Positions 9,682 through 10,903 of a stretch of DNA of 10,903 nt are shown one piece after another (the first letter of the stretch is position 1; each line of letters starts with the position of its first letter). Source of the DNA: Octopus sinensis. Taxonomy: Eukaryota. The stretch is from NCBI RefSeq assembly GCF_006345805.1, contig NW_021827213.1, forward strand, positions 1 to 10,903. The letters are read 5' to 3'. The notes under the pieces are model-generated. The model had not been told where the DNA came from. It worked only from the letters and a program-made list of their open reading frames with translations, and ran no database searches. Made by a program: the position numbers and the translations under genes.

Positions 9682-10102
9682 GGCGCAGGAGTGGCTGTGT
9701 GGTAAGTAGCTTGCTTACCAGCCATATGGTTCCGGGTTCAGTCCTACTGCGTAACATATTGGGCAAGTGTCTTCTGCTATAGCCTCGGGCCGACCAAAGC
9801 CTTGTGGGTGGATTTGGTAGACGGAAACTGAAAGAAGCCTGTCCTATATATGTATATATATATATGTGTATGTGTTTGTGTGTGAGTGTTTGACTGTATT
9901 TGTCCCCCTAGCATTGCTTGACAACCGATGCTGGTGTGTTTACGTCCCCGTCACTTAGCGGTTCGGCAAAAGAGACCGATAGAATAAGTACTGGGCTTAC
10001 AAATAATAAGTCCCGGGGTCGATTTGCTCGACTAAAGGTGGTGCTCCAGCATGGCCGCAATCAAATGACTGAAACAAGTAAAAGAGTAAAAGAGTAAAAG
10101 AG
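9682..10102 (+). mobile_element. Large tRNA-derived SINE, copy 3
   Basis: GGCGCAGGAGTGGCTGTGTGGTAAG head, B-box GGTTCAGTCC, tail (AGTAAAAG)3. Possible TSD AGACA. Confidence 0.92.
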
Positions 10103-10166
10103 ACAAGACGAACACCGCGATGCGATTGTAATAGATATTTTATTCGATGAGCGGTATTTCGACTGC

Positions 10167-10304
10167 AAGACTTTCGGTTTCGTGCCTTTCTTCTTTTTCC
10201 TTTTATTATTTCTTTCCTTTTTTCCTCTCATTTTTTTCTTTTTCTTTTCGCCAGTTATAAAAATTGAAACTTGAAGACTGATGATGTCATTCCATCAATG
10301 TGTG
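10167..10304 (+). repeat. Right arm of the inverted repeat (partner 8830-8978)
   Basis: About 8 differences over the outer 56 nt, weaker inward. Confidence 0.85.
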
Positions 10305-10369
10305 GACACTGGTTGCTCTCGTTCATACTCTACGTTTGAATTTCTTATTATTTTCATCTCTTTTTTATT

Positions 10370-10413
10370 TTGAACTCGACAAAGACAGGCTTGCCTCTCG
10401 AAATATCGTTCAA
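10370..10413 (+). ncRNA. Minimal type I hammerhead variant (U3-A8 core)
   Basis: TTGAAC-TCGACAA-A-GACAGGC-TT-GCCTCTC-GAAA-TA-TC-GTTCAA. Stem I is 6 bp, stem II pairs at 6 of 7 positions and stem III is palindromic ATAT. The core has U3/A8 in place of C3/G8, plus U4>C. Confidence 0.6.
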
Positions 10414-10437
10414 CCAATGAAATATCATTCCATTCGC

Positions 10438-10616
10438 AATAATGATTATGATAATAATAATAATAATAATATAATAATAATAATAATATAATAATAATAA
10501 TATATAATAATAATAATGATAATGATAATAATAATAATACTATAATAATAATAATACTAATAATAATGAATAATAATAATAATAATAATAATATAATAAA
10601 TTATAATAATAATAAT
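10438..10616 (+). repeat. (AAT)n microsatellite, imperfect
   Basis: Long AAT run with GAT/TAT/ACT interruptions. Confidence 0.96.
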
Positions 10617-10618
10617 GC

Positions 10619-10653
10619 GATAAGGAAGAAAGAAAACTCGATAGATACGATAG
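10619..10653 (+). pseudogene. Short forward fragment of an RLE-type non-LTR retrotransposon ORF
   Basis: Translates DKEERKLDRYD, matching the KE..K..(K/R)Y motif that precedes the fragment found on the minus strand. Confidence 0.6.
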
Positions 10654-10655
10654 CA

Positions 10656-10802
10656 CTCCACCCTTATTGCAGCCCCTATTTCTTCCATGTACTTCTCAAG
10701 ATTTTTACTAACTTTTCCTAGGGCTCTGACGATTATTGGCTCTACTGCTACCTTTTTCATTGATCACAACTGCTTAAACTCCTAAGCTAACCTCTCATAT
10801 CT
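10656..10802 (-). pseudogene. Decayed C-terminal restriction-like endonuclease region of an R4/Dong-like non-LTR retrotransposon
   Basis: Translates RYERLA*EFKQL*SMKKVAVEPIIVRALGKVSKNLEKYMEEIGAAIRVE, fitting the Y..L..E...LW....V.V.P...GALG pattern. Both stops are one substitution from Trp. Adjacent to (AAT)n. Confidence 0.8.
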
Positions 10803-10903
10803 CATGGTAACACTTTCAATCAGTTAAGACCAGAAGCTATGAGAGGCCATTTACAATTATATGAATAAGCACATGTTCAGCACGTGATAGGGTTGGATGT
10901 AAT

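Noticed and set aside
9682-9755. tRNA gene
   Set aside because: It is a SINE head with A/B boxes and no convincing cloverleaf, and it continues into the SINE body.

Overview
Very AT-rich, repeat-saturated eukaryotic non-coding DNA (intronic or intergenic). The SINE families and microsatellite density point to a coleoid cephalopod, probably Octopus; this is recalled similarity, not a database result. No credible host protein-coding gene is present, and almost all listed ORFs are microsatellite artefacts. The window holds tandem non-autonomous Helitron copies (1-509), about 4.5 kb of AAT/ATT, CTT, CA/TG and TA microsatellite with an 83-bp minisatellite, a mariner 3' end, three families of tRNA-derived SINEs (including a head-to-head inverted pair inside a larger inverted repeat), and a rearranged R4/Dong-like endonuclease remnant beside (AAT)n. 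The most interesting signal is a cluster of minimal type I hammerhead ribozyme motifs: three near-complete (6261-6335 +, 6653-6725 -, 10370-10413 +) and three 3' halves (6935-6946 -, 7778-7787 -, 8619-8630 -). They have different, mostly self-complementary stem III sequences, and each lies in a short non-coding unit whose 3' end runs into a (TA)n or (AAT)n tract. This suggests several microsatellite-targeting Penelope-like or retrozyme families piled up at one locus. All folds and alignments were done by eye.
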